Shown: positions 33,923 through 44,757 of the stretch, one piece after another
Position numbering within the stretch: the first letter of the stretch is position 1
How the letters are laid out: the number at the start of each line of letters is the position of its first letter
Source of the DNA: Chloroflexota bacterium
Lineage (GTDB): Bacteria > Chloroflexota > UBA11872
Direction: 5' to 3'
Length of the DNA: 64,000 nucleotides
Assembly (NCBI GenBank): GCA_026706485.1
Contig: JAPOYR010000002.1
Location: 321,251-385,250 of the forward strand
Notes under the pieces: generated by a model
Database searches by the model: none
Told to the model about the DNA's origin: nothing
What the model saw: only the letters and a program-made list of their open reading frames with translations
Program-made: the position numbers and the translations under genes

Positions 33923-35342
33923 CGATTTCCAAGATGCCGCGCCGCTAACCCGCCGTCAGGTTCGGCAGGTGCAGGATCGCGTCTATGCGGCGTTGGCGAA
34001 CGCCGGCCTGGGTCCCGACGACCTGATCGTCGCCGCCGTCTCGGGCGGACCGGATTCCATGACCTTGCTCGACTGCCTGGTCGCCGCCCGGCGCCGGGGC
34101 GGGCCGGCCGTGCACGTGGCGCACCTGAACCACGGACTGCGCGCCGAAGCCGCGCAGGTGGCGGAAGCCGTCGTCGGCCATGCGCGCGACGCCGGCCTGC
34201 CGGTGACCGCCGGCACACCCCACGACTATCCGGTTGGCGAGACGGGGCGCATGCCGTCCGAAGACGCCGCCCGCCGCGCCCGCTGGATGTTCCTCAGAGA
34301 CGTTGCACGGCGCGTGGGGGCCGTGCGCATCGCCACGGGCCACACCCGCAACGACCAGGCCGAGACCGTGATCATGAACTTGGCTCGCGGATCCGGGCTG
34401 CGCGGGCTTGCGGGAATGCGGGCGAACGATGGCGAGATCCTGCGCCCGCTGCTCGCGGTTTCGCGCCGCGACACCGCCGCCTACGTGCAGGCCCGGCACC
34501 TGGTCGTCGACCGTGATCCGCTGAACGAGACGCCAAGGTTCCGACGCAATCGCATCCGACATGAAGCTCTGCCGCTGCTGGACGACATCTATCCGGGGGC
34601 GGTGAACGCCATCGCCCGCGGCGCCGAAGTTCTCGCGGGCGAGATCGACGGGCTTCCGCTCTACGTGCAGTCCGCCGACGGCCGGCGCATGCCGCTGCAT
34701 CCGGAGCGCGCGGCGGTGCCGGAGGGTTTGTTTCCCGCGACGTTGGTCGCCGCCGTTCGCGCTTTTGGCGGCCGGCGACAGCTTGGAGCGGCGCCGCTGG
34801 GCGCCGTGGCCCGTGCGCTGCGCGAGGACACTCATGGGCGTTGGGTCGATCTGACGGCCGACACGCACGCCTTTGTCCGCGACGGGGCCGTGGTGCTGTA
34901 CCCGGAGCGGGCGCGCGACGCGACGTGGCGACCGCCGGTTTCGCTGACCGTGCCTGGCGAGGCGCGAGTGCCCGGCGGCTCGGTCGTTGCCGAGCTGATC
35001 GCGGGCGGCCCACCTTGGGGGCATGGCGTGGCAGTGGACGGGAGCACGCTCGACCACCAGCGGCTGCAGGGCCGCACGCTGACGCTGCGCGCCCCGGCGC
35101 CGCATGAGCGCGTGCACCCGGCTCGCGGCGAGGACACGCGCGACCTCGCACGGCTGCTCCGCAGCCGCGGGGTGACCGCCGACATCGCCGCGAGTATTCC
35201 GGTGCTCGACGTCGACGGCGCGGCCGTCTGTGTGCCCGGCGTATGGCGGGACCATGGCTTTGCGCCGCGTCCGGACGCACGCACCGTCGTGGCGCTGCAT
35301 GCGCGCTGGGATGCGATTCGCCCGCCGGAAGCACGGGCGTGA
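33882..35342 (+). CDS. tilS: tRNA(Ile)-lysidine synthetase
   Basis: PP-loop VSGGPDSMTLL. The ORF start overlaps the dut tail by about 40 nt; the true start may be an internal GTG. Confidence 0.8.
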   Translation: MRRAVEDSAAPATSDFQDAAPLTRRQVRQVQDRVYAALANAGLGPDDLIVAAVSGGPDSMTLLDCLVAARRRGGPAVHVAHLNHGLRAEAAQVAEAVVGHARDAGLPVTAGTPHDYPVGETGRMPSEDAARRARWMFLRDVARRVGAVRIATGHTRNDQAETVIMNLARGSGLRGLAGMRANDGEILRPLLAVSRRDTAAYVQARHLVVDRDPLNETPRFRRNRIRHEALPLLDDIYPGAVNAIARGAEVLAGEIDGLPLYVQSADGRRMPLHPERAAVPEGLFPATLVAAVRAFGGRRQLGAAPLGAVARALREDTHGRWVDLTADTHAFVRDGAVVLYPERARDATWRPPVSLTVPGEARVPGGSVVAELIAGGPPWGHGVAVDGSTLDHQRLQGRTLTLRAPAPHERVHPARGEDTRDLARLLRSRGVTADIAASIPVLDVDGAAVCVPGVWRDHGFAPRPDARTVVALHARWDAIRPPEARA

Positions 35343-35501
35343 ATCCTACGGATGGCAGCGTTGGACTGCGCGAGACTCGAACCGTGGTCACCGCGCCGCG
35401 CATAACATTGCGAGCCGCTGCCCTGATATACAGTAGGCTGGGCTAAGTGCCCGCGTTAGCGCCGCGGCCCGTCGCATTCCCGCACGAAAGATTCTCGATT
35501 C

Positions 35502-37475
35502 ATGAATAACCGACTCGTGCGCAACGGGTTCATGTATCTCGTGCTGGCCGTGGCGATCCTGGTCGTGCTGTTCGTCATGTTCAATCCGGGACAGCCGAAT
35601 CAGCAGGTCGTGCCGATCAGCGAACTGCTGAGCCGGGTCGAAGCCGCCTCCGACAGCGGCTCGCTGCCCCGAATCATGGTGAGCGACACGCGCATCGTGG
35701 CCGCGTTCGACGGCAACGTCACCATCAGCGCCGTGGTGAACGAACGTTTTGACATCGACCAGGCGCTCGCCAACCGAGGCCTCAACGTCAACGGCCAGCA
35801 GGTCGCCGTCCAATACGAGACGCCCAGCCCCGCCCCAACCATCATCAGCATCCTGACCTCGATCTTGCCGCTGCTGATTTTCGTCGGGTTGCTGGTATTC
35901 ATGATGCGGCAAGCCCAAGGCTCGAATTCGCAGGCGCTGAGCTTCGGCAAGAGCCGCCCCCGCATGGTGACGGGCAACCGCCCGCGCGTGACGTTCAAGG
36001 ACGTGCAGGGCGTGGACGAGGCGAAGCAGGAGCTGGCCGAGGTGGTCGAGTTCCTCAAGTACCCCGAGAAGTTCACCAAGATCGGTGCCGAGATCCCGCG
36101 CGGGGTGCTGCTGGTGGGCCCGCCGGGAACCGGCAAGACGCACTTGTCGAAAGCCGTCGCCGGGGAGGCCGGGGTGCCGTTCTTCAACATCAGCGGCTCC
36201 GAATTCGTGGAAATGTTCGTGGGCGTGGGCGCCTCGCGCGTGCGCGACCTGTTCGAGAAAGCCAAGCAGAACTCGCCGAGCCTGGTGTTCGTGGACGAAA
36301 TCGACGCCGTGGGCCGGCAGCGGGGCGCGGGCCTGGGCGGGAGCCACGACGAGCGCGAGCAGACGCTGAACCAGATTCTCGTCGAGATGGACGGCTTTGA
36401 CACCGATCAGACCGTGATCGTGCTGGCCGCGACCAACCGCCCGGACGTGCTGGACCCGGCGCTCCTGCGGCCCGGACGATTCGATCGTCGCGTGGTGCTG
36501 GATCTGCCGGACATTCGCGGGCGCGAAGCCATCTTGCGCGTGCACGCGCGCGAGAAGCCCATCGAACAGGACGTGGACCTGGGAACCATTGCGCGACAGA
36601 CGCCCGGCTTCTCGGGCGCCGACCTGAAGAACCTGCTCAACGAGGCGGCCATTTTGGCCGCGCGCCGCAACCGCACGACGGTGGGCATGTTCGAGCTCGA
36701 GGAGGCCATCGACCGAGTGATCGCCGGTCCCCAGCGCAAGAGCCGGGTGATGAGCGAGCACGAGAAGCGCGTCACGGCCTTCCATGAGATCGGGCACGCG
36801 CTGGTGGCCCATCTGCTGCGGCGCGCCGACCCCGTCTACAAGGTCACGATCCTGCCCCGCGGTCAGATGGGGGGCTATACCCGGTTCCTGCCGTCGCAGG
36901 ATCGACACCTGTTGACCAAGTCGGAGTTCGAGGACCAGCTGGCGGTGGCCATGGGCGGCCACGCCGCCGAAGTGCTGGTCTTTGGCGAGATGACCACCGG
37001 GCCGAGCAACGACATTCAGATGGCCACCGAGATCGCCCGTCGCATGGTCACGCAGTACGGCATGAGCACCAAGCTCGGTCCCCGGGCGTTTGGTCGCCGG
37101 GAAGAACTGGTGTTCCTGGGACGGGACATTGCCGAGCAGCGCAACTACAGCGAGGCCGTTGCTGAAACCATCGACCGCGAGGTCTCCCAGTTGATCGATG
37201 ACGCCCACCACCGGGCCCAGGACATGCTGGCGCGAAATCGTGGCCTGCTCGAGAAGCTGTCGGAGACCCTGATCGAGGTCGAGACACTCGACGCCGAGGC
37301 CTTCGAGCGCTACGTCGACGAATACCAGGGGCGCACGCCGGCGACGCAAAGCGATCCGCAACCCGCGCCGCCAGGTCCGTCGCCGGCGCCGGCAGCGCCG
37401 GCATCTCCCCCGGACCCGCCGGCGGAGCCTACACCCGCGCCCAAGCAGCGGCCCGCGGAGGGCGCCGCCGGCTAG
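35502..37475 (+). CDS. ftsH: ATP-dependent zinc metalloprotease FtsH
   Basis: AAA+ Walker [12 protein letters not shown], zinc motif HEIGHAL. Confidence 0.9.
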   Translation: MNNRLVRNGFMYLVLAVAILVVLFVMFNPGQPNQQVVPISELLSRVEAASDSGSLPRIMVSDTRIVAAFDGNVTISAVVNERFDIDQALANRGLNVNGQQVAVQYETPSPAPTIISILTSILPLLIFVGLLVFMMRQAQGSNSQALSFGKSRPRMVTGNRPRVTFKDVQGVDEAKQELAEVVEFLKYPEKFTKIGAEIPRGVLLVGPPGTGKTHLSKAVAGEAGVPFFNISGSEFVEMFVGVGASRVRDLFEKAKQNSPSLVFVDEIDAVGRQRGAGLGGSHDEREQTLNQILVEMDGFDTDQTVIVLAATNRPDVLDPALLRPGRFDRRVVLDLPDIRGREAILRVHAREKPIEQDVDLGTIARQTPGFSGADLKNLLNEAAILAARRNRTTVGMFELEEAIDRVIAGPQRKSRVMSEHEKRVTAFHEIGHALVAHLLRRADPVYKVTILPRGQMGGYTRFLPSQDRHLLTKSEFEDQLAVAMGGHAAEVLVFGEMTTGPSNDIQMATEIARRMVTQYGMSTKLGPRAFGRREELVFLGRDIAEQRNYSEAVAETIDREVSQLIDDAHHRAQDMLARNRGLLEKLSETLIEVETLDAEAFERYVDEYQGRTPATQSDPQPAPPGPSPAPAAPASPPDPPAEPTPAPKQRPAEGAAG

Positions 37476-37515
37476 CCGCCTGGCATCGGGGCACGGGCCG
37501 GCGGCCCGCGCCGGA

Positions 37516-38814
37516 TTACTCCGCGTCGGCTCGACGGCGCCATAGCAGCCACATCAGCCCGTTGGCCAGCGCGTAGCAGGCCGCGGTGACCATGACGGCA
37601 ACCGCCAGCGCCCGCTGCTCGGCCAGCACGCCGCCGATGGCGGCCGCGCCGGCCCAGGCCAGGTTCCACGCCAGCAACAGGCAGGCGTTGGTGGCGGGAC
37701 GCGCGGCCTCGGTGACCCGCTCCATGTAGAGGGCGCCGCGCACCGGGGCCGTCATGTTCATAAGTGCGCCGCGGGCAAGAAACGCGAGGGAGCTTCCCAA
37801 GGGCCACGGCAGCAGGCCCATGGCCAGCAGCAGCGGAATCGAGGCCGACTGGGCAACCACAATGGCCGCGACCTTGCCCAGATGCCGCGCCGCGATTGGG
37901 CCGAACACCGACGCGCCCAGCCGCGTCATGAGACCGGCCCCGGCAAGCAGGCCGAACTGCGCCTCCGTGAGACCCAGTTGGCGGGTGAAATACACGTTGA
38001 GGAATGGAATGGTGAGACCGGCCCCGACGGCGATGACCACGTGCACGACGAGCAGGCGAGCGATCGCATTGACCTGGCCGCGCAGGGCGCCGAACGCCGA
38101 TCGATCGATCCGAGCCGAGGGCGCGCGCAGCGCCAACAGCGGAAAGAACCCCAGCCCGCCGTAGAGCGCCGCCGCGCTGAGCACGGCGAAGAACCCGAGC
38201 CACACCGGCCATCCCGTCGCGTCCGCCAGGGCGCGCGGCGCCCACCCGCCGACGGCGTTTCCGGCAAAGCTCATGCCGAGGAACACGATGGCCGCCACGG
38301 TGAATAGGTAGCTCCGACCCTCGTCGTCGGCGCTGCCTGCGTACAGCGGGGCGATGACGACGTTCCAGAGCGCGCCGCCCAAGCCTCCCAGGGCCGCGCC
38401 GGCCACCAGGTAGCCGTAGCCGAACGGCGTCACCTGCAGCGCCGTTCCGACGCCAAGGAGCACGGCGCCGCCGAGGATCACCGGCTTCGCGCCTACGCGA
38501 AGCGCCAGCAGTCCGGCCGGAATCGCCGCCAGCCCGGCGGCCAGGCTGGCGCTGGTGACCAGACGACCGGCATCGGCGGCGGTGAAGCCCAGCTCCAGCA
38601 CATAGAGGTTGTAGGCCACGCGGAAGACGCCGGCGCTGAACGCCCCGAGCAAGGTGCTCAGCAGCAGCAGGCGCGCATTGCGTGAGAAGCGACGCATCTC
38701 CCGCGCATACACCGCGCCGTCCGCGACCAGGGCGCGCCACGTGCGCCGGACGTGCGCCGCCAGCCGCCGGGGCGGCGGTGAGGCTAAGGGCCCGTTGCGC
38801 GGCGCTGGCGCCAT
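37516..38814 (-). CDS. MFS transporter
   Basis: About 12 TM segments; Gly/Ala-rich MFS loops. Confidence 0.7.
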   Translation of the reverse strand: MAPAPRNGPLASPPPRRLAAHVRRTWRALVADGAVYAREMRRFSRNARLLLLSTLLGAFSAGVFRVAYNLYVLELGFTAADAGRLVTSASLAAGLAAIPAGLLALRVGAKPVILGGAVLLGVGTALQVTPFGYGYLVAGAALGGLGGALWNVVIAPLYAGSADDEGRSYLFTVAAIVFLGMSFAGNAVGGWAPRALADATGWPVWLGFFAVLSAAALYGGLGFFPLLALRAPSARIDRSAFGALRGQVNAIARLLVVHVVIAVGAGLTIPFLNVYFTRQLGLTEAQFGLLAGAGLMTRLGASVFGPIAARHLGKVAAIVVAQSASIPLLLAMGLLPWPLGSSLAFLARGALMNMTAPVRGALYMERVTEAARPATNACLLLAWNLAWAGAAAIGGVLAEQRALAVAVMVTAACYALANGLMWLLWRRRADAE

Positions 38815-39588
38815 AGGGTACGGGCGCGCATGACCGGCAGCTTGACCAGACTTCGATACTGATTGCGCGCGTGGTCGGCCAATGCCGGGCGCGGGTGCTG
38901 AACGCCGCCGCGCGCGGGCACCGTGGCGCGTGCGCCGATCGCGGCGCGAAGCTCGGCCGCCGTGTGGCCGGGAAACAACGTCAGGGCGCGGCCGAGATCT
39001 CCGAAGTGGGCGTCGGTGGCGCCAAGGGCCGCGCCCACCCGCTCGGCATGCGTCTCCTGAAACCGGCGCGCTTCGGCGCGGGCGCCTTCCCGAAAGTACT
39101 GGTTCTCGGTCTCAATGCCGTCGAATCGGACGTGCGCCAGCGCGCGCAGGAGTCGCTTGGCGGAAATGGACGTGGGCACGCCCAGAAACGGGTGCGCCAC
39201 GATGGCCAATCCGCCCTGCGCCTGGATGGCCTCCACGGTCTCGACTAGCGGGCGGAAGATCGGGACCGGGCGCTCCAGAAACAGCCCCACCACGTGATCC
39301 TGCCGCCGGGTGGTGACCTCCATCCCCACGATGATCTCGACCCGCGCGTCGGCGGCGGCCGCGATGTCGCGTGCTCGCAGCGCGCCGTCGATCGTGTCGT
39401 GATCGGTGACCGCCAGTACGTCCATTCCAAGCGCGTCGGCCCGTCGGACCAGGGCGCCCGGGGACGGCACGCCGTCACTGGCGCACGTGTGGGCGTGCAG
39501 CTCGGCCAGCCCCCAGCCTTGCGGCGGCGCAGGAGGCGCGTCACGCGGAAAGATGGGCCGCGGATCGGCCGGCCGCGAGTCGCCCGCC
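38784..39588 (-). CDS. PHP-domain metal-dependent phosphoesterase (TrpH/YciV-like). The start is uncertain; a GTG at 39588 is proposed.
   Basis: ELHAHTCASDG…LAVTDHDTIDG PHP motifs. The N-terminal 230 codons of the 493-aa ORF look like Arg-rich antisense artefact. Confidence 0.5.
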
Positions 39589-39605
39589 ACTAACGTACGA
39601 TCCGC

Positions 39606-40034
39606 ATGTCGCGTGTCGCCCAAGTTGCCGCCCCGCACATGACCACCATGGAGCCTGGACCCCCTTGGAACGTCGAGGATTGTCCCGCCGCATATAACGG
39701 CACGCCCATTGCGTGGGACCCGGAACGGTATGACACCGCGGCGATGCCCTTCATTGTGGCGATCAAGCAGCATTTCTGGTCGTGGCGCATCCGACAATTC
39801 GCGGTTCGCACCGGCGTGCTCGAAGTTGAGGTGGACGTGCCCAGCGTAGCGCCGGACGGGATGACGATGATTGCGTTCGAGGCGGGCGACGCCACACCGG
39901 CGGATGTGAGTCAGGAGTTCCAGAGAGTGGTGGAGGCCATTGGCGGGGTGCTGCTCGACCACGTATGGAGATTTCGACTCGTCTTTTCGGATGGGAACCG
40001 CACGGAGGAGTTCAACTGGCGCGTCGGTGGGTGA
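39606..40034 (+). CDS. Hypothetical protein (142 aa), no recognisable domain
   Basis: Non-repetitive, balanced composition. Somewhat lower GC3 than its neighbours. Antisense to the dubious 5' part of ORF 38784..40265. Confidence 0.35.
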   Translation: MSRVAQVAAPHMTTMEPGPPWNVEDCPAAYNGTPIAWDPERYDTAAMPFIVAIKQHFWSWRIRQFAVRTGVLEVEVDVPSVAPDGMTMIAFEAGDATPADVSQEFQRVVEAIGGVLLDHVWRFRLVFSDGNRTEEFNWRVGG

Positions 40035-40209
40035 GCCGCCCATAGCCGCCACGTAGCCGCTCGGGATTCTCGCGAGCGAGTACGATGCCATCGCCCGCAT
40101 CGTGCGGGTGATGCCTCGTGCGGGGCCGGTGAAAGCACGTCGCGCGCCGTCTGCGCCATTGGGTCGTGTTGCCGCCAGGATTGGGCGCGCGCCGCTGCGC
40201 CTCCCGAAC

Positions 40210-41454
40210 ATGGGCGATCTGAATGCAGCGCTGGCCCCGGACGTGCGCAGGAACTTCCGCGCCACGCTCGTGCATTGGATCCTGGCGGGGGTCTTCGTCG
40301 GCAGCGTCGGCAGCTACATGACGGTCGTCGTACGCCGGATCGGCGGCGACGAATTCACGGTGGCATTGGCCGTTGCCGTGCAATTCATCGGCGGGATCCT
40401 GGCCATCGCCGGTCCTTACCTCCTTCGAGGATTTCGGCCCGAACGAGCGGTGGCTGCACTCTGGACGGTCGGACGCCTGGTCCTGGTCGCCGCACTGTTT
40501 ATCGACGAGGCCGGCCCGTTTCTCGTGATGCTCCTTGCCTGGTCGATCATCGCCATGATGGGCGTCCCGCTTTACGTGGGCGTGACCCAGGCCGCGTTTC
40601 CCGCCCGGCTGCGGGGTCGGATCATCGGCGCGGGCCAGGCTGCCATGGCGGTTGTGGTGCTGCTGGTGTCGCCGGTGGCCGGCCGACTGATGGACGCGGT
40701 GGGCTACGGCCCGGTGTTCGCCGGCGGCGCCGTGGTCGGCGCGCTCGGGGCGCTGGCCCTCTTCCGCATCCGCGCGTGTCGCCGTCCGCCGATCGACCGC
40801 CCACCCCCGTGGCGTATGTTTCGGCAGACCCTGGCGAACCGACGCTTTCGCAGCTATACCGCAAGCTCGACCGTCGCCCTATTCGGCGACTTGCTGATCC
40901 AGCCAACCATCGCGATTGTGCTGGTCGACACGTTTGACGCCTCCTTCACCATCGTCGGCGTGCTGGCGCTGATCCAGAGCGTCACCTGGGCGGCGGGATA
41001 TCTCCTCTGGGGCGCCGTGAGCGACCGGCGCTCCGGGCCGTTCGTCGTCTGGATGTCCAATCTGCTCAAGCTGGTAGTCGCGGCGCTCTTCATCCTGGCC
41101 ATCCAGGCGGACAATCTGTGGCTGCTGGTGCCGGCATACGCGGCCATCGGGCTGAACTTCGCGGCCGGGGACGTGGGCTGGCAGACGTCACTGGCGTCGC
41201 TGGCGCGACCCGAGGACGTGGATGCGTTTGCCTCGAGCTTTTGGCTCATCCTTGGCGTTATGGGCATCGCCGGCCCGCTGGTCGGCGCCGCCGTGCTCGT
41301 GGCCGGCGGTCCGGTGGCGGCATTCGCCTCGGCGCTGGGTCTGGCCGCGGTGGGCAGCGTGCTCATGGCTCGCGTGGCGCATGGCTTTGTCCCCGCCGAA
41401 GAGCCCGAGCGCGAGGCCGCGGCCAGCGCCGAGGACTCTCGGCTGGCACACTGA
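40210..41454 (+). CDS. MFS transporter
   Basis: 12-TM pattern; the start was moved to the internal ATG at 40210 (MGDLNAALAP…). Confidence 0.7.
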   Translation: MGDLNAALAPDVRRNFRATLVHWILAGVFVGSVGSYMTVVVRRIGGDEFTVALAVAVQFIGGILAIAGPYLLRGFRPERAVAALWTVGRLVLVAALFIDEAGPFLVMLLAWSIIAMMGVPLYVGVTQAAFPARLRGRIIGAGQAAMAVVVLLVSPVAGRLMDAVGYGPVFAGGAVVGALGALALFRIRACRRPPIDRPPPWRMFRQTLANRRFRSYTASSTVALFGDLLIQPTIAIVLVDTFDASFTIVGVLALIQSVTWAAGYLLWGAVSDRRSGPFVVWMSNLLKLVVAALFILAIQADNLWLLVPAYAAIGLNFAAGDVGWQTSLASLARPEDVDAFASSFWLILGVMGIAGPLVGAAVLVAGGPVAAFASALGLAAVGSVLMARVAHGFVPAEEPEREAAASAEDSRLAH

Positions 41455-41497
41455 ATCGGCCCGCTGCTCAGCCCACCAGCCAGGCCCCGGAGGCGCC

Positions 41498-42835
41498 ATG
41501 ACCACCATCGCAGACCTGAAGCAACGCGTGGCGGACGCGATCGACGACCGACAGGACGAGATCATCGCGATCGGCGAAACCATCATGGGACGGCCCGAGT
41601 TGGGCTTCAAAGAGTTTGAGACCGCGGCGCTCGTGGCGCAGACATTCGCCGAACTGGAGCTGGAGCACCGCACGGGCCTGGCGATCACCGGCGTCTCCGC
41701 GCGGATCGACACCGGGCGTCCGGGTCCCACGTTGGCGCTCATCGGCGAGCTCGACGCGCTGACGGTGCCGGGACACCCGCGAGAAGATCCGGCTACCCAC
41801 GCCGCCCATGCCTGCGGGCACAACGCCCAGATCGCGGGGCTCATGGGCGCGGCCGCGGCGTTGAGCGACCCGCGAGTTCAGCGTGAGTTGAGCGGCACGA
41901 TCGTGCTCATGGCCGTGCCGGCGGAGGAGTATGTCGAGGTCGAGTACCGGTATGGTCTCCAGCTCGCGGGTGAGCTCGAGTTCTTGGGCGGCAAACCCGA
42001 GCTCATCGCCCGTGGCGAGTTCGACGACATTGATCTCGCCATGATGATTCACACCCACGCCCAGCCCGACCAAAACGGCATGGCCGCCGTGACGGCCTCG
42101 AACAACGGCTGCGTGGTCAAGCAGATTCGCTATGTCGGGGTGGCGTCGCACGCCGGCGCCGCGCCGGAACGGGGCGTGAACGCGCTCTACGCCGCCCAGC
42201 TTGGCATGGCCGGAATCAACGCGCTGCGCGAGACGTTTCGCGACGAGGACGCGGTGCGCGTGCACCCGATCATCACGCACGGCGGCGACCTGGTGAACGT
42301 AATTCCCTCGGACGTTCGGTTGGAAACCTATGTTCGCGGCAAGACGACCGACGTCATCGACGCGGCCTCGGCCACGGTCGACCGCGCCCTCAGAGCGGGG
42401 GCGATGGCCCTAGGCGCCGAAGTCGAGATCCGCAGCTTGCCCGGCTATCTGCCGCTGGTGAACAGCAGCGCCATGGCCGAGCTGTTTCTCGCCAACCAGC
42501 GGGATGTCCACGGCGAGGACGGGATAAAACGGTTGGGCCACCGCACCGGATCGACGGACATGGGCGACGTGTCGCACATCATGCCGGCCTTGCATCCCAG
42601 CATGGCGGGCGCCACCGGCACCAACCACGCCACCGATTGGGACATCGTCGATTCACAGATGGCCTACGTGGAGCCGGCCAAGGCCTTGGCCTGGATGGCC
42701 GTGGATCTGCTGGGCGACGGCGCGGGCGCCGCGCGGCGCATTGTGGACGACTTCGAACCGCTCATGACGCGCGACGAATACCTCGCGTACCAACGCAGCG
42801 TGATGCGCGAGGAGCGCTGGTCGCTCGGCGGGTAG
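41498..42835 (+). CDS. M20-family amidohydrolase / peptidase (YxeP or hippuricase type)
   Basis: …HACGHNAQIAG… metal-binding motif plus a dimerisation domain; start at MTTIADLK. Confidence 0.8.
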   Translation: MTTIADLKQRVADAIDDRQDEIIAIGETIMGRPELGFKEFETAALVAQTFAELELEHRTGLAITGVSARIDTGRPGPTLALIGELDALTVPGHPREDPATHAAHACGHNAQIAGLMGAAAALSDPRVQRELSGTIVLMAVPAEEYVEVEYRYGLQLAGELEFLGGKPELIARGEFDDIDLAMMIHTHAQPDQNGMAAVTASNNGCVVKQIRYVGVASHAGAAPERGVNALYAAQLGMAGINALRETFRDEDAVRVHPIITHGGDLVNVIPSDVRLETYVRGKTTDVIDAASATVDRALRAGAMALGAEVEIRSLPGYLPLVNSSAMAELFLANQRDVHGEDGIKRLGHRTGSTDMGDVSHIMPALHPSMAGATGTNHATDWDIVDSQMAYVEPAKALAWMAVDLLGDGAGAARRIVDDFEPLMTRDEYLAYQRSVMREERWSLGG

Positions 42836-42845
42836 CCGCCCGCCC

Positions 42846-42869
42846 GGCCCCGCGCCCGCGGGGCCGGCG
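42846..42869. terminator. GC-rich palindrome (ggccccgcgcccgcggggcc) between convergent genes; putative bidirectional terminator
   Basis: Perfect 9-bp arms; there is no U-tract, so the call is weak. Confidence 0.3.
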
Positions 42870-42907
42870 AGGGCCGATCCCCTCAATTGCCGACCGTTGC
42901 CGGCTCG

Positions 42908-44458
42908 TTAGGGCCTGTGGAAGGTGATGTCTTGCAGCAGGTTCCCGTTCGTCCAGACCACCCAGAAGCCGCCGTCTCTGCCCAGACCCGGATACTGCGC
43001 GCCGCGCAACAAGAACGACGGACAGTTGAACGACGCTTGGTAGACGCCGTCGTGCACCCGCCAGTCGCTTCTCGTGCTACAGCCGGGCACCGGCACGTCG
43101 ACTTCCGAGAGATCGTCGACGATCGAGGTCGCTTGAATGCCGACCCAGAGCCGCCAGGCGCCCTGTGCGTCGACCTGAACACTATGAATCCCAGCCTGGG
43201 CAACATTGATCGTCAGATTCGTCCGATACCCAACCCTTGCGCCATCGAGGGGGCGGATTTGCCCGCCGCCGGGCGATTGAAAGGTCACCGTGATCGGAGC
43301 CTGGGACCAGTTGCCGTACTCGAGCGAGATTCTGACATCGCCGGCAGGCAACCTCAGATCGCCGGTGCCGCCGTTGAAGCCGCTGATTTCTTGATAGGGA
43401 ATCGTCGGATCAGCAGCCTCGAAAACGGTTCCCGTCGACGTTACGGCAAAGAACCTCCCGCTGCGGAACCAAACCGCCCAGAATTTCTCCTTGGTGTTGA
43501 TGTCGGAATACGACGTACCGTCCAGCTTGGTACCGCGACAGTCGAAGTTGGCCCGGTGGACGCCCGGGGAGTCCTCGTGCCACTGCACCCTGGTCCGACA
43601 GTCGTTGAGCGGCAGCGGCACGGATGGGAGTCCGGGCTCATGGCCAACCCAGATTCGCCAGTCTCGGATGGCGCTCACCTGAAAGGCGTAGGAGCCGGCC
43701 TGCGGCACGTTGATGTCGATCTCACTGTAGTAAGGCACTCGGACGTTATTGAGCAAGGGGGTCGCTGCGCCGCCCTGGATCCCGTAGTTCACCGTCACCG
43801 GGCCGTCGCCCCAGCCGCCGAATTGAAGCCTGAGCGTAACCGTGCCCTGGGGCAGGATGAGGGTTCCAGCTCCGACGTTGAAGCCGCTGAAGTTTTGGTA
43901 GGGGATGCCAGCCGACGCTGGCGTCGAGGGCGTTGCGGGCGTCGTGCCCATGGAAGGCACTGCCGCCGGCAAGACTGCTCGCTGGAGGCTGGCCACGGAA
44001 ATGCCGTACCGCGCCTCCCAGGTGGCAACGTCGAGGACGAAGTTGCCGTAGTTGGTCTCATTGATGCCGAAGATCTCCACGTCGGCGATGGACTGGATGT
44101 GGAACAGGCGCGGCTGCGGCCATTCGGTCTCCCACTTGACCAGATAGATCGGATCGCCCTGTTTCAACAGGCCGGCCGAAAGCCACGGATCGCCCTTCGG
44201 CAGGGCGCGCAGCCCCTCCAAGCTGACCTCGATGCGGGCATTCCAGTTGATATGCCGGCCGGACAAGGCGCGGGTGTCGCCGCCCCAGTGCAGGACGCCC
44301 TGGTCGTCGGCAATCCACAGATGCGGCGTGCCCTGCAGCGCCACCACGGTGCCGGGCAGAAAGACTTGCTGCGCGTGCGCTACCGGCAGCGCCATGAAGG
44401 CGCCGACCGCGATTGCCAGGACAATAAGGCTCTTGCGCCACCACCTTGGCTTCCGCAT
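42908..44458 (-). CDS. Secreted protein with two tandem ~160-aa Cys-containing β-rich repeats; unknown function
   Basis: Signal peptide MRKPRWWRKSLIVLAIAVGAFMALPVAHAQQ. Internal duplication (…YQNFSGFNVGAGTLILPQGTV… versus …YQEISGFNGGTGDLRLPAGDV…). Confidence 0.6.
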   Translation of the reverse strand: MRKPRWWRKSLIVLAIAVGAFMALPVAHAQQVFLPGTVVALQGTPHLWIADDQGVLHWGGDTRALSGRHINWNARIEVSLEGLRALPKGDPWLSAGLLKQGDPIYLVKWETEWPQPRLFHIQSIADVEIFGINETNYGNFVLDVATWEARYGISVASLQRAVLPAAVPSMGTTPATPSTPASAGIPYQNFSGFNVGAGTLILPQGTVTLRLQFGGWGDGPVTVNYGIQGGAATPLLNNVRVPYYSEIDINVPQAGSYAFQVSAIRDWRIWVGHEPGLPSVPLPLNDCRTRVQWHEDSPGVHRANFDCRGTKLDGTSYSDINTKEKFWAVWFRSGRFFAVTSTGTVFEAADPTIPYQEISGFNGGTGDLRLPAGDVRISLEYGNWSQAPITVTFQSPGGGQIRPLDGARVGYRTNLTINVAQAGIHSVQVDAQGAWRLWVGIQATSIVDDLSEVDVPVPGCSTRSDWRVHDGVYQASFNCPSFLLRGAQYPGLGRDGGFWVVWTNGNLLQDITFHRP

Positions 44459-44757
44459 GCCAATCTCCTTTTTGCGTGGGTTCGAAAGAGCCAAGCGGCG
44501 CGCTGGCCCACGATCAGACCGACGGTGGAAATGCGTCAGGTCGCTTCTCACCCGTACGTCAGCACTCTCGCCGTTTAAGTAAACGCGAGGACACCTTGGT
44601 AACGTTCTAGTGCAACAGTTTACACAGCCGCCAAGCTACCACATGAACATGGCGAGGCCGCGAGACCCGAGACCTGGGAATCAACGGCACGCGAGGCCCG
44701 GGCAGCCCTCGCAAACGGCTAGAATCGCCGGAGTGGATTGGAGCCTGCGGAGGGTCG

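Noticed and set aside
35343-35501. tRNA-like T-arm motif (gactcgaacc / GGTTCGAGTC) between tilS and ftsH
   Set aside because: No complementary acceptor stem or credible D or anticodon arms could be drawn. Probably a chance match or a very degraded remnant.
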